Part shown: positions 62,381 through 64,000 of the stretch, in pieces
Layout: each line of letters opens with the position of its first letter
Position numbering within the stretch: position 1 is the first letter of the stretch
NCBI RefSeq assembly: GCF_964188315.1
Contig: NC_135670.1
Coordinates: forward strand, 16,802,001 to 16,866,000
From: Podarcis muralis
Lineage: Eukaryota
Length of the DNA: 64,000 nt
Direction of reading: 5' to 3'
Notes under the pieces: generated by a model
Told to the model about the DNA's origin: nothing
Database searches by the model: none
Seen by the model: the letters and a program-made list of their open reading frames with translations, nothing else
Position numbers and translations under genes: made by a program

Positions 62381-64000
62381 GTGGGGCAAAGTGGGCAAAG
62401 GGAAGGCGGGGGGGGGGGGGTCCGGCCCACCCCGATACTCAACGGCAACGGTTTTTTTTTATTGTCGTTATTTGTTAAATGTGTTGGTCGCTTCTTTCCC
62501 GTCCCGCACTAAGGTAACTGAAAGTGACTTGAAATACATGAAGGATCACATACATTAAAAAAACACAGCCCAAACAAACGAAACCTCAAAAAAATATAAA
62601 AGAGGCATCTTGTTTTTAAAAAGGCAGGATGGAAACATCTCACCCACCAACCCACCCAAAGCCGCTGTAGATAATTGAAAGCCAAATGCCTGGGTTAATA
62701 TGGATTGTATTCACCTGGTGCCCTAAGATATGTAGTGATGTCACCAGACGAGCCCCCCCCCCAGCATTTCACAAATGGGGAGCCACCACTGGAAAGGCCC
62801 TGTTCTCATGCTGCCACCCTCCGCACTTCCCAACGAGCAGATTAATGAAAAGGGGCCTCAGGTGATGGTTGAAGGGTCCATTTTGGGGACCTTATATGCC
62901 ACTCTTGAGTTCCTGGGGTGGAGGAATAGATATCTGAGCAGCCAAATAATAAGCAAGGCGATTCAAATGAACCAGTTTCCTTTACACCAGGGCCAATGAT
63001 CATGTACTGTGAACTGTAGCCTAATAACATCTGGATGCCACCAGGAGGGCTATCACTGCTTTACACCCTGGGAAAGGGTGGGACAGGGGAGGAAGAGTAA
63101 GGTTGGAATCCTACTCATCCTACTCATCTGGGAGTAAATGCCACCAAATTCAGTGAGGAAAGACTTTAGCTCTGTGGTAGAGCATATGTTTTGCATGAAG
63201 AAAGATGAGCCAATGCAGCAGCCCAGGGCCCTCCAGATGTTTGGATCTCCAACTCCCATTGGCCTGGTGGTATTGTAGTCCAAACCAACCAGGTTGGTGA
63301 AGGCTGCAATACAGTTTTCTGTATTCCTTTGTTCCAGCAGAGCCCACACCTTACAGATTCCAAGACTTCACTGGTAGAAAATAGGAATGTGCTTGGATCA
63401 CCAAGCATCACTTCCCGAGCTTCTTCCCTTCCCAGTTACACACAATTAAAGGCTCTTCACTCCCTGTCAATACGTACCTAGTGAAGTGGATTTCAATCCA
63501 CAAAAATTAATAAGGGTAATGTGCTTGTTAATCTTTTAATGTGTCACAAAACCCTTGTGTGTGTTGCAGCAGATTTGATATGGCTTCTTCCTTGGAAGTC
63601 TGTACGCAATACAGTATTTGCTTTGCAATAACCCAGTCCTCAACTGATTTAAAAGCCGGGGTGGGGGTTTAGGCCTTAGAAAAACATGGCACATTATCAG
63701 TTATTGGAGATGTACCTTGAGTATTAATTGGGTCCCCGAGTCTGAATCCCTGGAAGGCCCCTGCTGTTCAGTGCAAGATGGACCGGTGGCCTGACCTGGC
63801 AAAAGGCAGCCTCCTGTGTTGTGGCCTAAAACTGATGTCATCTTTTATTATGGCTGCCCGGGGCTTATGGGAGTTGTAGTCCAAAATGTCTGGAGGACAC
63901 CAGGTTGGGGAGGGCTATTTTATATCAATTCTGTGTTCTTGTAGATATATATATCATGAGAATTCTTGTGCTTAATGATCAGGAAAGAGAATGACATGTT

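Noticed and set aside
61897-62512. Long alternative-frame and antisense ORFs over SART1 exon 1; likewise 32504-32961, 21104-21415, 52814-53185 and 41599-41898
   Set aside because: These are shadow ORFs of GC-rich coding exons or CpG islands with no recognisable homology.
63338-63373. 36-nt exon-like segment as SART1 exon 2
   Set aside because: The peptide (AEPTPYRFQDFT) does not resemble the conserved SSLSIEETNK region, and the donor GTAGAA is weak.

Overview
This is eukaryotic (vertebrate) genomic DNA, most likely from a lacertid lizard, inferred from Sauria-type SINEs plus squamate CR1, L2, L1, RTE and MITE families. Five complete intron-containing genes and the first exon of a sixth could be spliced by hand with canonical boundaries and open frames. 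They are: a V-ATPase catalytic subunit A gene (-, 14 coding exons, 617 aa), KLHDC9 (+, 347 aa), PFDN2 (-, 165 aa), NIT1 (+, exon 1 unresolved), DEDD (-, 318 aa) and SART1 exon 1 (+). KLHDC9-PFDN2-NIT1-DEDD is the human 1q23.3 block, but its flanks here differ from human. The main points of interest are: (1) the V-ATPase A gene looks like an intact second paralogue rather than canonical ATP6V1A (about 88% identical to my recollection of human ATP6V1A, non-syntenic, apparently non-CpG promoter), and it carries a probable U12 minor intron; (2) an 18-bp YY1-core extended motif recurs about 9 times, clustered at the PFDN2/NIT1 and DEDD promoter regions; (3) a candidate DEDD 5'UTR exon would open an out-of-frame overlapping uORF; (4) SART1 stands where UFC1 is in human. 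No prokaryotic systems, CRISPR arrays or functional tRNA/rRNA genes were seen. All comparisons with human proteins are from memory and need checking by alignment.
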